The translations under genes were made by a program, and so were the position numbers. Below are positions 49,957 through 64,000 of a stretch of DNA of 64,000 nt, piece after piece. The stretch is from Blastocystis sp. Blastoise (Eukaryota > Protista > Bigyra: Opalinata): NCBI GenBank assembly GCA_039096225.1, contig JBBPEB010000014.1:620001-684000 (forward strand), in the 5' to 3' direction. Each line of letters opens with the position of its first letter. Position 1 is the stretch's first letter. The notes beneath the pieces were generated by a model. It saw only the letters and a list, made by a program, of their open reading frames with translations, searched no databases and had not been told where the DNA came from.

Positions 49957-52900
49957 ATTATTATTATTAATATTACTTATAAAACATATATATCAATCAA
50001 AAACAAATAATAAATAAAATAATATATATATATATATACTTGTTTACGTGTAACATCAAAAGGAGTATTATCAGCATTCTTCAGAAGAGGATATAAAGAA
50101 GATATATCAACATAGGAGAAACGAGACATATTCATACAGAAGAATAAACGCTATAAATATATATATATATATAGTATAATATTCTTATATATATATATAT
50201 ATTTATTTATACTATATTATTCTACATATATATATATACTTGTAAAGCAGGGCTAATAACATTATTAGGATTTGTGTGTGTATATGTACTTAGAGATTCC
50301 TTAAACTTCGGGTTCATAAAGAATAATTGAAGTATACAAGTCAAATAATCCGTATGTTCTTCATTTCCACGTAATCCTATATATAAATCATTTGGACGTT
50401 CATTTCCTAATGTATCTTGAGTTAATAATACTGAATCATTTGATAAAGTTATATTTTTAAGTGTAGTCATAAATTCTTCATTCATATAAATAGGTTTAAG
50501 AACTTCTTGTAGAATATCAGGATTAGGTGTTTGTTTAATATATTCCTCTATAAAGGAATATGTAGACTGAGTTACCTTAGCAGAAAGAGGAGAAGAAGGA
50601 AGCAAAAGTAACTTGATAAATTGAGTAATAAAATCTATATAATAATATATATAATAATAATGAAAATAATAATAATAATAATGTATACAGAATAATAACT
50701 ATTAATATAAATATATATACCTTTCATATCAACATTTTTCGATTTATAGTATTGAAGGAATGCAGAGAATAAATGAATAACTCGTAATAAAGCAACAGAA
50801 CGAGTAGAAGCATCAATTCGATTTATCTATAATAATAATTATAATAATAATATATATAATATTATACGAACATCATTCAATTTACAATGATATTAAATAT
50901 ATATATACATAATCTTCAATTTTCTTGATACTTTGTGTGACTATTTCATCGGGGAGATCTTCACGAATAAATCGCAAACATTGAAGTAATAAACGAGCAC
51001 TACTATCTGTTAACTATATATATATATATTAATAATAATAGAAGTCATGAGTTATAATAATAAGCAAAGAATAAAGAATAACAAATATAAATAGAGTATT
51101 AATAATAATAATAATAATAATATATATATATATATACTTGTTTAGGTTTAGCTGGATTAAATACAGTTTCAATAATAGCTTGGAAGACAGTAGTAGATAG
51201 AGATGGTTCATTAATAGAATTAATTAACTATATATATATATATATATATGTTTAATAAGAGTTAATTAACTATATATATATACATAATAGACATCATAAC
51301 AAGAGCAATCATTTAATAATGGAGACAGTTTCTCGTTGAAATAAAGAGGTAGTAATTTTGGAACACGATCTTTAGCCATGTCCTATATATATATATATAT
51401 AGAAGGAATACATATAACATAAAAATATAGTATTCTTATTATTAATATAAAGATATATATACTGTTTTATCATGTTCTTCATCGACAATAAATAGCATGG
51501 TATATAGTTTATAGAGAAGATAAAGAAGAGGTTCACACATATTCACCTCTTTGAGGAAGGAAAGCTCTCTATAATATATATACAGTATAGTATAGTATAG
51601 TATAGTATATAGAGTTTATATATACAATAATTGTGTTAACATATCCATGATATAATATTTTTGTTTCCATGAATATAAATCTAGAAGAGCATATTTCAGT
51701 AAATCTAAGTAGTTATCAGCTTCTTCAATTCGTTCTAAACAATCAAAATCCATTTCTTGAATATAAACATATGTTGATGTTTGTAAAATATTCTTTTCAG
51801 TTTCAAATGCCTTATTATTCCCGTTATTATTTGTATCAAATATAGTATCATCATCTGAAGAGATAAACGTCATATTCGAGAGGAAATCGTAAAATGTATC
51901 CGATTCACATCGAAGGTAATATAAATATAAAGAAGAATAGAAGATCTATATATATATATATAGATATTATTCTTACTATACTAATAATAGAGTATACTAA
52001 CAATGTGAAATAAATGAATATATATATATATATATATATATACTCTAAGAACACAAGTAAAATAGAGTTTAAAGAATAGATTATAAGGGTTATGTAATGC
52101 TCTGATTCTAGGAGCAGCATCTTTGGGAGGAGAGGTTAAGAAGGAAAGATCATTATTCATATTCTCTAATAAACGAACTAAACCACCTGTACGCTATATA
52201 TATATTATTATTATTATTATATTTATTATATAATCAAGATGTCAAAATATATTTAAACTATAATTTAAAAAATAAAAATAAATATATACAGTGATTTTCA
52301 TGAATAAAATGATATTTTTATCATTAGTATCTAATAAATCTCCTTCAAAATAAGCATTTCTTCTCTTTAGAATAGTAGTTTGGCGATTAATCTTCCACTC
52401 CAAGAGATTTAAATTATAAAGACGTATAAAGATATCTTCAGGGAATATATCATCCCATACTGGACTATGCATCTCTCTAGAGAAATATATATATATGTAA
52501 TAATATATGATAATATATGATACAATATATAATACTATATAATAATATATAATAATATATAATAATATATAATAATATATAATAATATATAATAATATAT
52601 AATAATATATAATAATATATAATAATAAATAATAATATATAATAATATATAATAATATATAATAATATAAAATAATATATAATAATATAAAATAATATAT
52701 AATAATATATGATCATATATGATCATATAATATATATACTGATATGATAATTGTTCTAAGTTCTCCACGAGTTCTACTTGCTTATCCCAAAGAGGAATGG
52801 CTGCTACTAACGACCAAATAGAAGGTAACACGGATTTATCCTTATACTTTCTCTTTAATAAGGAGAAAAGAGTAGGATATATATTATAATGACTAAGTAA

Positions 52901-54628
52901 AGTCATTGAGATTAAAGGATTACCATCTATATATATATATAGAAATGAAATGAATTACAATAGAGAAGAGAATATGATATATTATAGAAAGAGAGAATAA
53001 TAGTAAATATATACATTCAAGAGCAACAATAGCTCCTTTTTCAACAGTCTATAGAGATATAAACATAATAATAAGCAAAATAAAACATAAAATAACTATA
53101 ATAATAAGTATGTTAATAACAGTAACAACCACTATAACAGTAATAATAACTATATACAGTAATTTCTTCTACATAAAGCATAGATCCATCATGTATTTTA
53201 TAGGCTTCTAAAGTTAAATTCTCATCTAATTCTTGATTCTATATATATATATTTTTATCATTATTATTATTATATTGATTATATACCTTATAAGCGAGAC
53301 TAAAGGATGAAGTGGTAATTTTAAATTTCTCTGCAACTCGTTCTTTTACCATATAAATCTTTGAGTTATAGGGAACATCTAGAGAGAATGGACTAGTATA
53401 AGTAATAAATAACTTCACAGCTTGTCCTTGAGTAATAGAATCTAAGGTTAACGGAGTCTATATATATATATAAAGTAGAAAATAAGAATAATATATGAAA
53501 TAAAGATAATTATATATATATAGATATAGGATACTGTTTTAATATATATTATAAAATACTTAAACAGAAATATTACAATTATATATATATATATAAATAA
53601 TAATGACTACAATAATATACTTGTTCAAGTCTATAGATAGCAATAAATAGATATTTTAGAACAGCCACGTATCTCATATAAGTCTGATCTCCAAGACTGT
53701 CTTCAGAAAAGAATTTGAAAATAGTCGTAAATATATAATTACTATGAATAATATTTATTAATCATATAAAAGGAATATTTATATATTAAATAATGTTTTC
53801 ATAAATAATAAATAATTAAACAAAAATAATAAATAATTAATAATGTTAAAAAAAAATAATAATATATAAATAATAATTATAATATGAATAATAAATGAAT
53901 ACTTTTGAATGAAATCAACTCTACTTTGATATCCTCCATTCATATATATATAATAATCTTGTAGAAGATGAAGAGCTGCTTGAGCTACTTGATCATTTTT
54001 ACATGTTGTAATAACATTTAATAAGATATCATCACAAGTAGGAGGGTAATGATATATCTATATATATAGAGAATGAGGGAATATAGAGAAAATAATCATG
54101 ACATAGTTTTAAATAGAGAAAGAATACTGATATAAAATAGAATATAATATACAATATAATATACAATATAATATACAATATAATAAATATATATACAATT
54201 TGTTCTTGTGTAGATGTTTCTTCTTCATTCAACATGTTAAATATACTATAAAATGAATCCCAACCAGCAAGAGATAACTATATATATATAATAATATTAT
54301 ATTAATAAATATAACTTTATTAATATAAAGTATAAAAAATAGTTTTAAAAACTATACATTACCATAATGATAATAAGTATTATTATAATTATAAATATAA
54401 TATACAGTTGTTAACAATTCAGAAGGTAATTTATTTAATAATTTTTGGAAATCTTCTTTTTTAAGTTTTTTGACAGAATGAATAAAAGAAAGAGTACGTT
54501 CGACATGTGACGATGAAAAGGGGGAGAGAGGGATATCCATAAGGAAGAGCATCTATATATATATACATACATATATAGTAAAAAAATATATAAATAATAA
54601 TAAAGTTATAACGACTATAAATAAATAA

Positions 54629-54664
<36 letters not shown>

Positions 54665-55995
54665 CCTTCATCCAGTTTACATGTTTCAGAAGATCGATTA
54701 AGAAGTATAGTTAATGTTTCAATATAGATTTCAATAGCATTTTCATTTGTAAGAAGAGAAGTAGGAGAATAAGTAATATCTGACCCTTCAGACTTAAATG
54801 AAGCGCTTACACTTGCAGAAAGAGTAGATCGTAAACTCTTTAATTTACTAGAAGTAGACTTAGGCATTTTCAACTCACTTATTTTCTATATATATATATT
54901 TATATATATATTAATAAGTAAAATAACAAAAATATTTATAAAAAATAATATTCAGAGAATAATAAATAAAACAAACCAAAATAAGATATATTCAATAATA
55001 AAATAAAATAAAACAAAATATATACATATATATATTTTAATAATAAAAATAGTTAAATAAATAATATATATATATATACATTATAGAAATTGCTAAGATA
55101 TGCGAATAGATGTGGAATTGCTTCTTGCCAAATACCTTCAATAATTTTAGATATAGTAACATTTCTATTTAATGTATAAGGACAATCTTTCGTTAAGTCT
55201 CCAAATACATCACGTGCTCCAAAAGAGAGGTTATTAACGCTATTTGGTCCAGGAGTTTTGATTTCTTGTTCTGTAGATGGATATGTATATAGTAAACTAT
55301 TAATAAGAACAAGGTAATATAGAGCATTATTATAATCATCTAAGGAATTCATAGTTGTATAAAGGAGATCTCCACGAAGTTTCCCGAAATTGAGGGATTT
55401 AAATAGTGTTCCAATAAGTGTATACACTTCTTTAACGCATAACATATTAAGAGGAGAATTACCTAGAAGATAGATATAATAATGGTTTAATTGAAACATA
55501 TATTAAAAAGAATATAATATTATACATTAATCTTATTGTTTAATTATTATAATTATTAATCTTATTATTATAATTATAATTATTATAATTCTTATTAAAC
55601 ATTTTATATACCTTGAAGAAGTGTTAATATGAATTGAAGAAGGTTTGTTTGGTTTTCTTTAGTTGCAGTATCAATAGTATGTTCTAAGAATTGAAGTAAA
55701 GTGTTATTCATAATAATCTTCTTTGTTTCACTTGGTTTCCCTATCATAGAAGAGGTTAACGACAGTTTTCCATTACTTGAAGATTCAGTACTAGTAGTAG
55801 ACATATCACTAAAACGTCCAGTAAGAGAAAGAGATGGATTTCCGATACTTGATCCACCTAGAGATAAACCTCCAAGAGAAGAATAAGTCTGATATTCTAC
55901 AATATATTTATCATGTAATGCAGTTATAAACAGATTATATGTAGCAGGACATAAACAATCAATAGATTGAGATAATGCCTATATACAATATACAG

Positions 55996-56036
<41 letters not shown>

Positions 56037-57424
56037 GATCCATGCTTCTGTTCCTTTGGATATACCATCAACAATTATTTTATATTCACTATAAAATAAT
56101 AAATATATATAGATAAATAAATATTGAATAATTATAATATATATAAATAAATAAATATTGAGCAATTATAATATATATATAGAATACTCAGTAGTAATTA
56201 AATTATATTTCAAAACAAGTTGAAACAGAGGAAGAGAAGACGAAATAATTTCAACACAAAAATCACGATTTAAGAATGTAGCAAAAACATGAGTTTCAGC
56301 CAATTTTTCAGCAAAATTCTTCTCATCAAAATTGGATGACTATATAATAAATTATATATAATAAATTATATATATATATATACAAATAAGTATGTAGTAG
56401 TTATAGGAGTTGTTGATGCAGCTACAGTAGTATAAGGAGTAGATATAGTAGGCTGTCTATATATTAAATATATATATTATATATTAAATATATATATATA
56501 TATATATATACTTTATAGAGTTTTGAATATTAGTTAAGAGTACACTAATCAATTGAGGGAATAAAATATATTTATCTTTCTCTATAGAATTTGATAAACT
56601 CTGAATACACAGTACATATAGTTAAAGAAAAAAATATAGTACTATATAACTTAATAACATATATATAATATAATATATATAATATAATATAATATAATAT
56701 ATATATATATAATATAATATATAACATATATATAACATAATATAATATATATATAACATAATATATATATAAGGATATTCATATATAAAGCATCAACTTG
56801 TGTAATAACTTGTGGCTTCGTTTGGAATCGAAGATATAGAGCACGATATACATTAATAATAGTCTGTATTTCTAAGAAGGTAGGACAAGGGGAAGACTAT
56901 ATATATATATAGTGTTATTAAATAATATATAGCATAAATAAATTATATACTATAATAATACAATTATTAAATATTAATATATATATTAAATAAATATATA
57001 TATATATATATAGAATATACTTCATTTTTAAGTCCTTCTAAATAGTTTCTCATAACTCTATAAGTAATATCAGTCCAATGTTTTGCTGTTTTCATATTTA
57101 TCAAATTCATCACATTTGCAACAGTAGAGAAAAACATACAAACAGTTGAAGATGATAATTCACGTACATTTTTCTAAAGGGTATATAGATAGATATAGAG
57201 AATATATTATATGTATAAAAGAAGAGAATATTATATATATATATATATATATACATCAACAATATCAAAAACATCTTGCCATAATTTAGTTCTGAAAATG
57301 AAATTTAAATTAATTAAAAGAGCTTTCGCAATGTATTTATATTAAGGAATATATACAGACATATAATAAATATTAAAATAAAATTATATGAATAAAAACA
57401 TTATTTATATTTATAAACAATATC

Positions 57425-57455
<31 letters not shown>

Positions 57456-59173
57456 AATAAAAGAATATAACTATATATATATAAATGGATATATATGTAT
57501 GTGCAGGAGCTTCAGCCGTTGAGTTTTGATCTTTTGCTTCTTCTTTGAGGTTATATAATGGTTTTAATATAGGATTGAAGGAAGGAGTATCCTTATAATG
57601 AGTACCACGAGATCTATATAATATATATTCATTGATTTATATTGATTTATATTGATTTATATTGATTTATATTGATTTATATTGATTTATATTGATTTAT
57701 ATTGATTTATATACATATAACAATAAAAAAATGAATAAGTATGATAATATATTACAATAATTACAATAATGATAAGAATAACAAAATAAAACGTTTCAGA
57801 AACTGTATAAAACATATATATATATATACTTGCAATTATAGGGTAATAAGAATTCTTTTTCAGGTTTCACTTTAATAACGGAATCTTCTTCTACTCCTAC
57901 TCGAACTAATACATTTATGTCTCCATTCTCCAGTTTCTCCATTCCGATGACGCATCCTCCTACCCATTTCGATTGTATACATACATCAACTGGAGTATTA
58001 TATTGTATATTCTCAATCCATAATTTATAACCCTATATATATATAGGGTTATATAGTTATTCAATTATTATAAAATAAAAATAATGGATGAATTTAGTTT
58101 AACTAATAGTTATATATATACAGGTAATAGTGAATCATTATCAATATTCACTTTAATTGCAGGATCATTACTTGGTATTTTATATTTTTTGGTCTCATTT
58201 AATACACTTTGTACATAAAACTATATATAATAATATATAATATATAATAAACAACATTAAAAAGAAAGATATATAAATTTGATGCATAAAAAAAATATAT
58301 ATATATAAGTTAAATAGTATTATCTATTATTTAAAATGAATCAAAATATATATATATATATATATATATACGCTTTCTTTATCCATCTTATATATATTAT
58401 ATTCTTGAGATGAGTAAGTAAGATGGCATCCAACAGAAAGAAGAGGAATCAAAGAATCTATATATTTTAATTATATATATAATTTTAAAATCATTCTTTT
58501 TAAATAATAATAATTAAATAAAGTATCACTAATATAAATAATTAATATATAATAGACAATAAAAATGATTCTATACTTCGATCCGCTTGACCATAATCGA
58601 AAATATATAAAGAATTTCCGGAGCTATAATAGAAAACAATAAGAATCAGTAAAAAAATAAAAAAATAATAATAATAATTATATAATATATAATATATAAT
58701 ATATACAATATATATATACAATAATAAATAAGAGAAATATTTAACGAGATGATCGACGTCCAGACCATGATTGTATCCTTGTTTGAGATTACGAATAATT
58801 GCGTAAATAAGATTGAAGATATCACTATATGACATATATATATAGAATATATTAAGAATTACTTTGTATTCGAAGATTTTTTAATTTTATCGTTCTTTTG
58901 GTATTGAAGCATTGAGATTAAGACTATAAAAATAATTTGATTCTTTGTTTAACATACCTTTTTCTATTCCATTATTCCAAAAATGTCTTGTAGCATCATT
59001 AGAAGTCTTGTACGAGAGAATTGTATTCATCAAACTTTGGATCTTATCCGTTGTGCCGCAGTCTATCATCCCATAATTATGATGTATATAAAAATAATAC
59101 TTGATTGAATAAAGTCTTCAACAATAGAATCAATGTCCTCAATAGTGATAGTTGAATCAGTTGAAGTATCCAT
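46208..59173 (-). CDS. Giant USP9X/USP24/USP34-like ubiquitin-specific-protease-domain protein, probably catalytically inactive
   Basis: More than 40 exons in frame. USP boxes IGLRGNEEHTDY..ILQ, RKQDPAEYL, LPETLIIKLDRF...KNNGYFEFP, YQLRAVIVHEG...GQYY and SAYILIYEK. A UBL-like segment precedes the catalytic domain. Confidence 0.8.
52535..52710. repeat. Intronic 10-bp tandem repeat (aataatatat)n
   Basis: About 17 near-perfect units. Confidence 0.9.
56612..56778 (-). other. U12-type AT-AC intron
   Basis: 5'ss ATATCCTTA; branch TTCTTTAAC then TATATGTAC|. The phase-1 join ATG A|TG TGT ATT CAG keeps the frame. Confidence 0.85.
57333..57492 (-). other. U12-type AT-AC intron
   Basis: 5'ss ATATCCATTT; branch TTCCTTAAT then ATAAATAC|. 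The phase-0 join gives PAHTY-IAKALLINLNF. An in-frame TAA in the branch motif excludes upstream AG acceptors. Confidence 0.8.
57631..57710. repeat. Intronic 10-bp tandem repeat (attgatttat)x8
   Basis: Eight perfect units. Confidence 0.95.
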
Positions 59174-59606
59174 TGTGTAGCTTAGAACTTTTTATTACCA
59201 GAATGATATAATTTAGAAAGCACTCGAAGTAATATAACAAACGTTTAAATAAAAACTATTTTTGATAAAAAAAAACAATGATCTCCAATAACCCTGGTTT
59301 TTCTGTTTTTTGCTCTCTGTTTTTTAAAATAATTTCTTTTAAAAATGATATGTACATTGGGTATTTTTAAATGAATATGACGTCTAATAATCTATCGATA
59401 CTGTCAATAGTATATGGAAATGATTGTCCAGTTAAATATATGATCAAGAAAAGATTATAAGATTTCAATTTACAACATTGTTTCATTGTATTGTAGTTAG
59501 TATGATCAATTGTAACCAAGCAAGTTCCAGATTCTAGTCTAATGCTTTATAAATATATATATATTATAATTTCAAATTTTTTTGTAATTTTGTATCAACT
59601 ACTTTT

Positions 59607-60662
59607 TTATTCATTCAAAATGAAATCATTTATATCTGTACAGAGAAATGTGGCAAATACATACACATTATAAGCAACTAGATATCCCTCTTTTGCTTTT
59701 TCTATATTTAGAAAAGTGAGAAAAAAATGGAATATATGGATATTCATAATAAAAATACCTTCAATAACAGATTTCAAATCTTTTAATTTACAAATAATTG
59801 ACTTTATGCTTTCTGTTTCTTCTAAATGTGTTTTTACATTCTTATTACAAGCCTGATCTAAATCTACCTATATATGCATTTCTTTAATTATGATTATAGA
59901 TATTTATTTATATTTTGATTTAAATTAATTTTGTTATTTATATTAATTTATGTATATTTTTATTAATTTATTTATATTAATTTATTTATTTATTTATATT
60001 TATAATTCTCTATATATATTTATAATACTATATATACATTCATAATAACACATTTTAAAGACTCTGTACACATCCAGGGATTTGGCCAAAAAGAAAAAGG
60101 TAATGAATCTGACTATTAAAATAATATTTATTTTATCCTATATTATAAAATATATTTATACAACGTCGGGTTCACCTGTATATCCTGTTTCTTCAAATAA
60201 TTCACGTTTTGCAGTTTCAATTATAGACTCATTATCATCCATAAGACCTATTTATCATCATTTTTTTAATTCTATTAATAACTTAAAATAAATATACCAG
60301 CTGGAAACTCTATGCAATATCCTCCTAATGGTGGACGATAACTCATCTCAATCAAAATAGAATATTCATCTGAATGCTCAGAATGTAGAAGAGGTATTAT
60401 AATAACAGCTATCATAATTGTATGGTTTTACTTGTTAGATATATCTATAAATAATAAATATACCTTCATCCTTAGAAACCTTTGTTGTTCGCTGAATTGT
60501 TTCCCATTTCTATAAAATAAAGCATATATATTATTTCTAAGTCCACTATACAATAACTTTATTCATTTTATCGTTTGTTGCCGTAGTTATACCATATTTT
60601 AACCATTTTCCACTCCAAAGCCAATCTTCATTGTACTTAAAATCATTAAGAGACGTGTCCAT
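59607..60662 (-). CDS. NUDT5: Nudix hydrolase, ADP-ribose/ADP-sugar pyrophosphatase (NUDT5/Ysa1-like)
   Basis: KWETIQRTT, YRPPLGGYCIEFPAG and Nudix box GLMDDNESIIETAKRELFEETG; 6 GT-AG introns. Confidence 0.88.
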
Positions 60663-62098
60663 AACTTCTAGAGCACATAGATCAGCAAATTAAGAATTAA
60701 AATACGTTAAAAGAAGCACCTATCCAAAAAAATAAAAAGGAAAAACTGTGTTCGCCATATTATTTGATTATATCTGGTAGTATATCATATTATTTATTTA
60801 GGATACTTATTCTTATAAGGAAATATAATTTTTTATTTGATAACCGAACTTTTAACATTATATTTACTTAACAGATAATTTGATTATTTTTATATTGGTT
60901 TAAAAGAACGTTATGATCGCTTTTTTAATCATATTTTTAATTTTTGTGTTTATTTAATAAGATAGTGTCATGAATATCTGATTTATGGATTCATATGACA
61001 GATAAGATTTTGTTGTTATTATCTAAAACTTATTGTTAATAAAGTATGTCATTTTTCTTTGTATTTCATATCAATAAGTCAGAAAAATGCAACTTATTCA
61101 AAATATTCTGTCAGATTAACTCGTTCGAGTGTTTTTGATACTATATTAATTTCCCTCAATATTGTAAAATTCAAAAGATGCTACAAGATAATGTAAATAT
61201 TAATTCTTATTGAATTATCTATTGAAATCTCTTGCTTTCCTTCATTCTGAATTCTTTTAATATGAAGTTATGTATATAATTTTATTTTTATTCCAGAATG
61301 ATTTCATGTATCAAAATTCATAAAACATAATCAATTTTATTTTAAAAAAACAAATTATAGTCTTGGAAACAAACAATAAAGGTTCTAAAACAATGATTTT
61401 GCTTTTAACAATTTGTTGTTCTATCATAAATGCGAGTAACGCATTTCTAGCATTTGAAAATCCACTTAAAAAAACTAATTCATTTTATTCTAAGTTGCCC
61501 ATTCCTTTAATTATAGTTAATCTAAGTTATTTATACATTCCGAAATCATTGTTATTTACAAGTTTATTTAATACAGTCGATCATGAATAGCAAAGAATTT
61601 AATAATGGAAACCAAGTTGTGTTCCATATAAGTGAATTTCACTGGTTTAGACCTTTTTGTCCAATAAGAATGAGAGTACTAAGGAATACAAATATTTGTG
61701 AACATGATTTTTAAAATTAATAGTTATAGATCGTAGATAATATGGATTTATACTTGAAACTATTTTATTTTATTTGTTTATTTCTAAGGGAAAACAAAAA
61801 ACGAAAATATGAACAGGAAATATAGATAGTATAAGAAACACAATATTTTGTAGAAACAAGTCATGTACTAGAAATGATGTTTATAAAAAATCTAAAATAC
61901 ACGGGAGAAACGATGGTTTTCCGTGGTTTTCAATAAAACAAACTAGAATGATAAATTCTTTGGGGAATAATGAATTTATCAAAAAACATTGAAAAGGTTT
62001 TATCTTCCTATCTAGCATCTGTCTACAAAGTATTATATTGAATTCTCAAAGAGAAACATAGAGAAAAGAATATTAAGAATACTGTTATGTATTAAATA

Positions 62099-63580
62099 AT
62101 GTCGTCAGAAGACAAAGTGCCTGATCTGTTCACCTATTGTGCTAATTTGGTTGTAGAAGATTGGGACAATAAGCATATGAAATTAATATTTGCTGAACAA
62201 ATCAAACAGTATTCTGTTATTTCTTTAGTCTTAAATTTCTTTATAGTTTGAAGCCACATATCGCTGAAGCTCTTTTGAATACATTCCGTAAGAAAGGAAA
62301 GGTACATATTGATGTCTATAATGATTTATTAATTATCAATTATTATTTATTTTTTAATTTAGTTAACAGATAGTGTATTTTGTCAATTGATTCCTTGTAT
62401 TCAGGATTCTATTGATATTTCTGGTTGTGATCATCTTCGAAAAGCTGCTATACGTCAAGTTTCATTTTATTGTCAGTCTCTTGTAAGTTTTTTTATAGTA
62501 TTTTTTTTTTAATTATTATGTATATATACATATATAGAGATCTATTAATTTTTCAGGATGTAAACAAGTTACAAATGGTTTAGTTCGTCAAATCCTTCAA
62601 GTAAGTTATTAATTATTATTATAAAATTATTTTTGTGGACTCATCCTAGAGTCTTATTTATATTAATAGTATTCTATACACTCTATATATTATTTTTCAT
62701 TATTATTTATATTGTGTACATATATATAGTGTTGTAGTCGTCTACATGTGCTTATTCTCACTGGATGTACACAAGTAACAGATTATGCATTCACTTCAGA
62801 TTCGTCACCTTTTACTCCACTTATTGGTCTTTATTCCTTGCGAGTATGTATAGTTAAGCTATTTATTGTTTTTATATTTATTGCTTTTGTTTTATTTTAT
62901 ATATATTATTTGTTTTTGTTTTTATTTTTGTTTATTATTTATTGTTTATTATTTATTATTTTTGATATGAATTTGATATAAATATGTTTATTCTATATCT
63001 TTTCTTTTTAGAGTAATAGTATAATAAATATATTATATATATATATGACTCTATAGATTTTATCCCTTGCTTATTGTCATCAACTGAGTGGGTTATTTAT
63101 TCCTTCGTTTGTTAAGGCATGCTATTATCTACATGAAATTAACTTAGAAGGATGTAGAGCTATTACGAATGATAATATTCAAGTAATATATATATATATA
63201 TATATTACTTATATTCTTCATATTTTTTATTTATTTCTTCTTTATGATATCTGTTTTTTAATGTATATATTCACATAAGTTCTTCTTTTTGTACACAATA
63301 TTTTTTAATCATTTTTAGTCACTATTTCCATAATTATAAATATATCTTATAATTCTTCTCTTCTAGAAACTGATTAGTTGTTATTCCTTTAAAGCAGTGA
63401 ATCTCTCAGGAGTGATCAATCTCCAGGATGATAGTATATCTATGCTACTTCATAACGATACCTCTTCTGTCTTAACACAATTATCTCTATCGTATATTAT
63501 TATAACATCAATATAGAATTTATCATTGACCATTTAGTTACAATATTTATTTATATTATTTATATATATATAAACTCTTA

Positions 63581-63629
<49 letters not shown>

Positions 63630-63803
63630 GTAAATATATCTTCAGATACCCTATCTACTGTTCTACCTCAACTTAAAAAGCTTAAAGTATATATAAATAA
63701 TTAATTTATTTTAATATAATATATCCTATAAATATATAGACATTAGAACTTGGTAATTGTGAACATCTCTCTGATTCTTTGCTTATAAATATTGTTAAAA
63801 GTA

Positions 63804-63839
<36 letters not shown>

Positions 63840-64000
63840 TTGTTCAAGACTTTCTTCCTTAGATATTAATAATTGTGGACTTCTTACAGATACAAGTATT
63901 CAATATGTATTATCGCACCTACAATTATCAGCTTTAAATGTATCCTACTGTAATCAATTAACAGGTATTTATTATCTTTATTCTGCTTTTATTTTTTATT
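62099..64000 (+). CDS. AMN1/FBXL-like cysteine-containing LRR protein, 3'-truncated
   Basis: N-terminal VPDLFTYCANLV...LKPHIAEALL (BC-box/F-box-like), followed by LRR_CC repeats (IDISGCDHL, INFSGCKQVT, LILTGCTQVTD, INLEGCRAIT, LDINNCGLLTD). Confidence 0.8.

Noticed and set aside
57495-57510. GC-AG donor (CCT|GCACAT) as an alternative to the AT-AC intron
   Set aside because: No in-frame AG acceptor reaches the downstream exon without a stop, and the U12 model fits donor, branch and phase.
61363-61590. 75-aa ORF and small hairpins (about 61429-61446 and 61900-61924); also ORFs 36577-36867, 3866-4066 and 20330-20554
   Set aside because: Non-ATG starts, no homology I recognise and no splice support. 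The hairpins are too short to call an RNA gene.

Overview
This is a very AT-rich, intron-dense eukaryotic window. It resembles a Blastocystis-like stramenopile gut protist, but that is inference. I spliced genes by hand and found 15 protein-coding loci, two truncated by the window edges. Recognisable genes are URI1/Bud27, PRP16/DHX38, a GBF1-type Sec7 ARF-GEF, cytosolic SerRS, a TM-RING E3 ligase, a NUDT5-like Nudix hydrolase, an AMN1/FBXL-like LRR protein, a large USP9X/24/34-like protein and a sororin-like protein. The rest are an LRR protein and hypotheticals. Most entries in the ORF track are exon fragments running into (TA)n/(TAA)n introns. The main signal is in the splicing. Among roughly 170-190 introns (hand count) there are four minor-spliceosome (U12-type) introns: three AT-AC and one non-canonical GT-AT. 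All four have a very short branch-to-3'ss spacing and lie in divergent genes or gene regions. A fifth non-canonical intron (AT-AG) interrupts the gene for the splicing-proofreading helicase Prp16. Many ordinary introns have self-complementary (TA)n runs at both ends instead of a polypyrimidine tract. Protein-level oddities are a USP with all three catalytic positions substituted, a URI1-MYND finger fusion with a duplicated URI box, and a sororin-like C-terminal motif with a KEN box. I saw no tRNA, rRNA, CRISPR or transposase signal. All gene models are manual and need RNA-seq confirmation.
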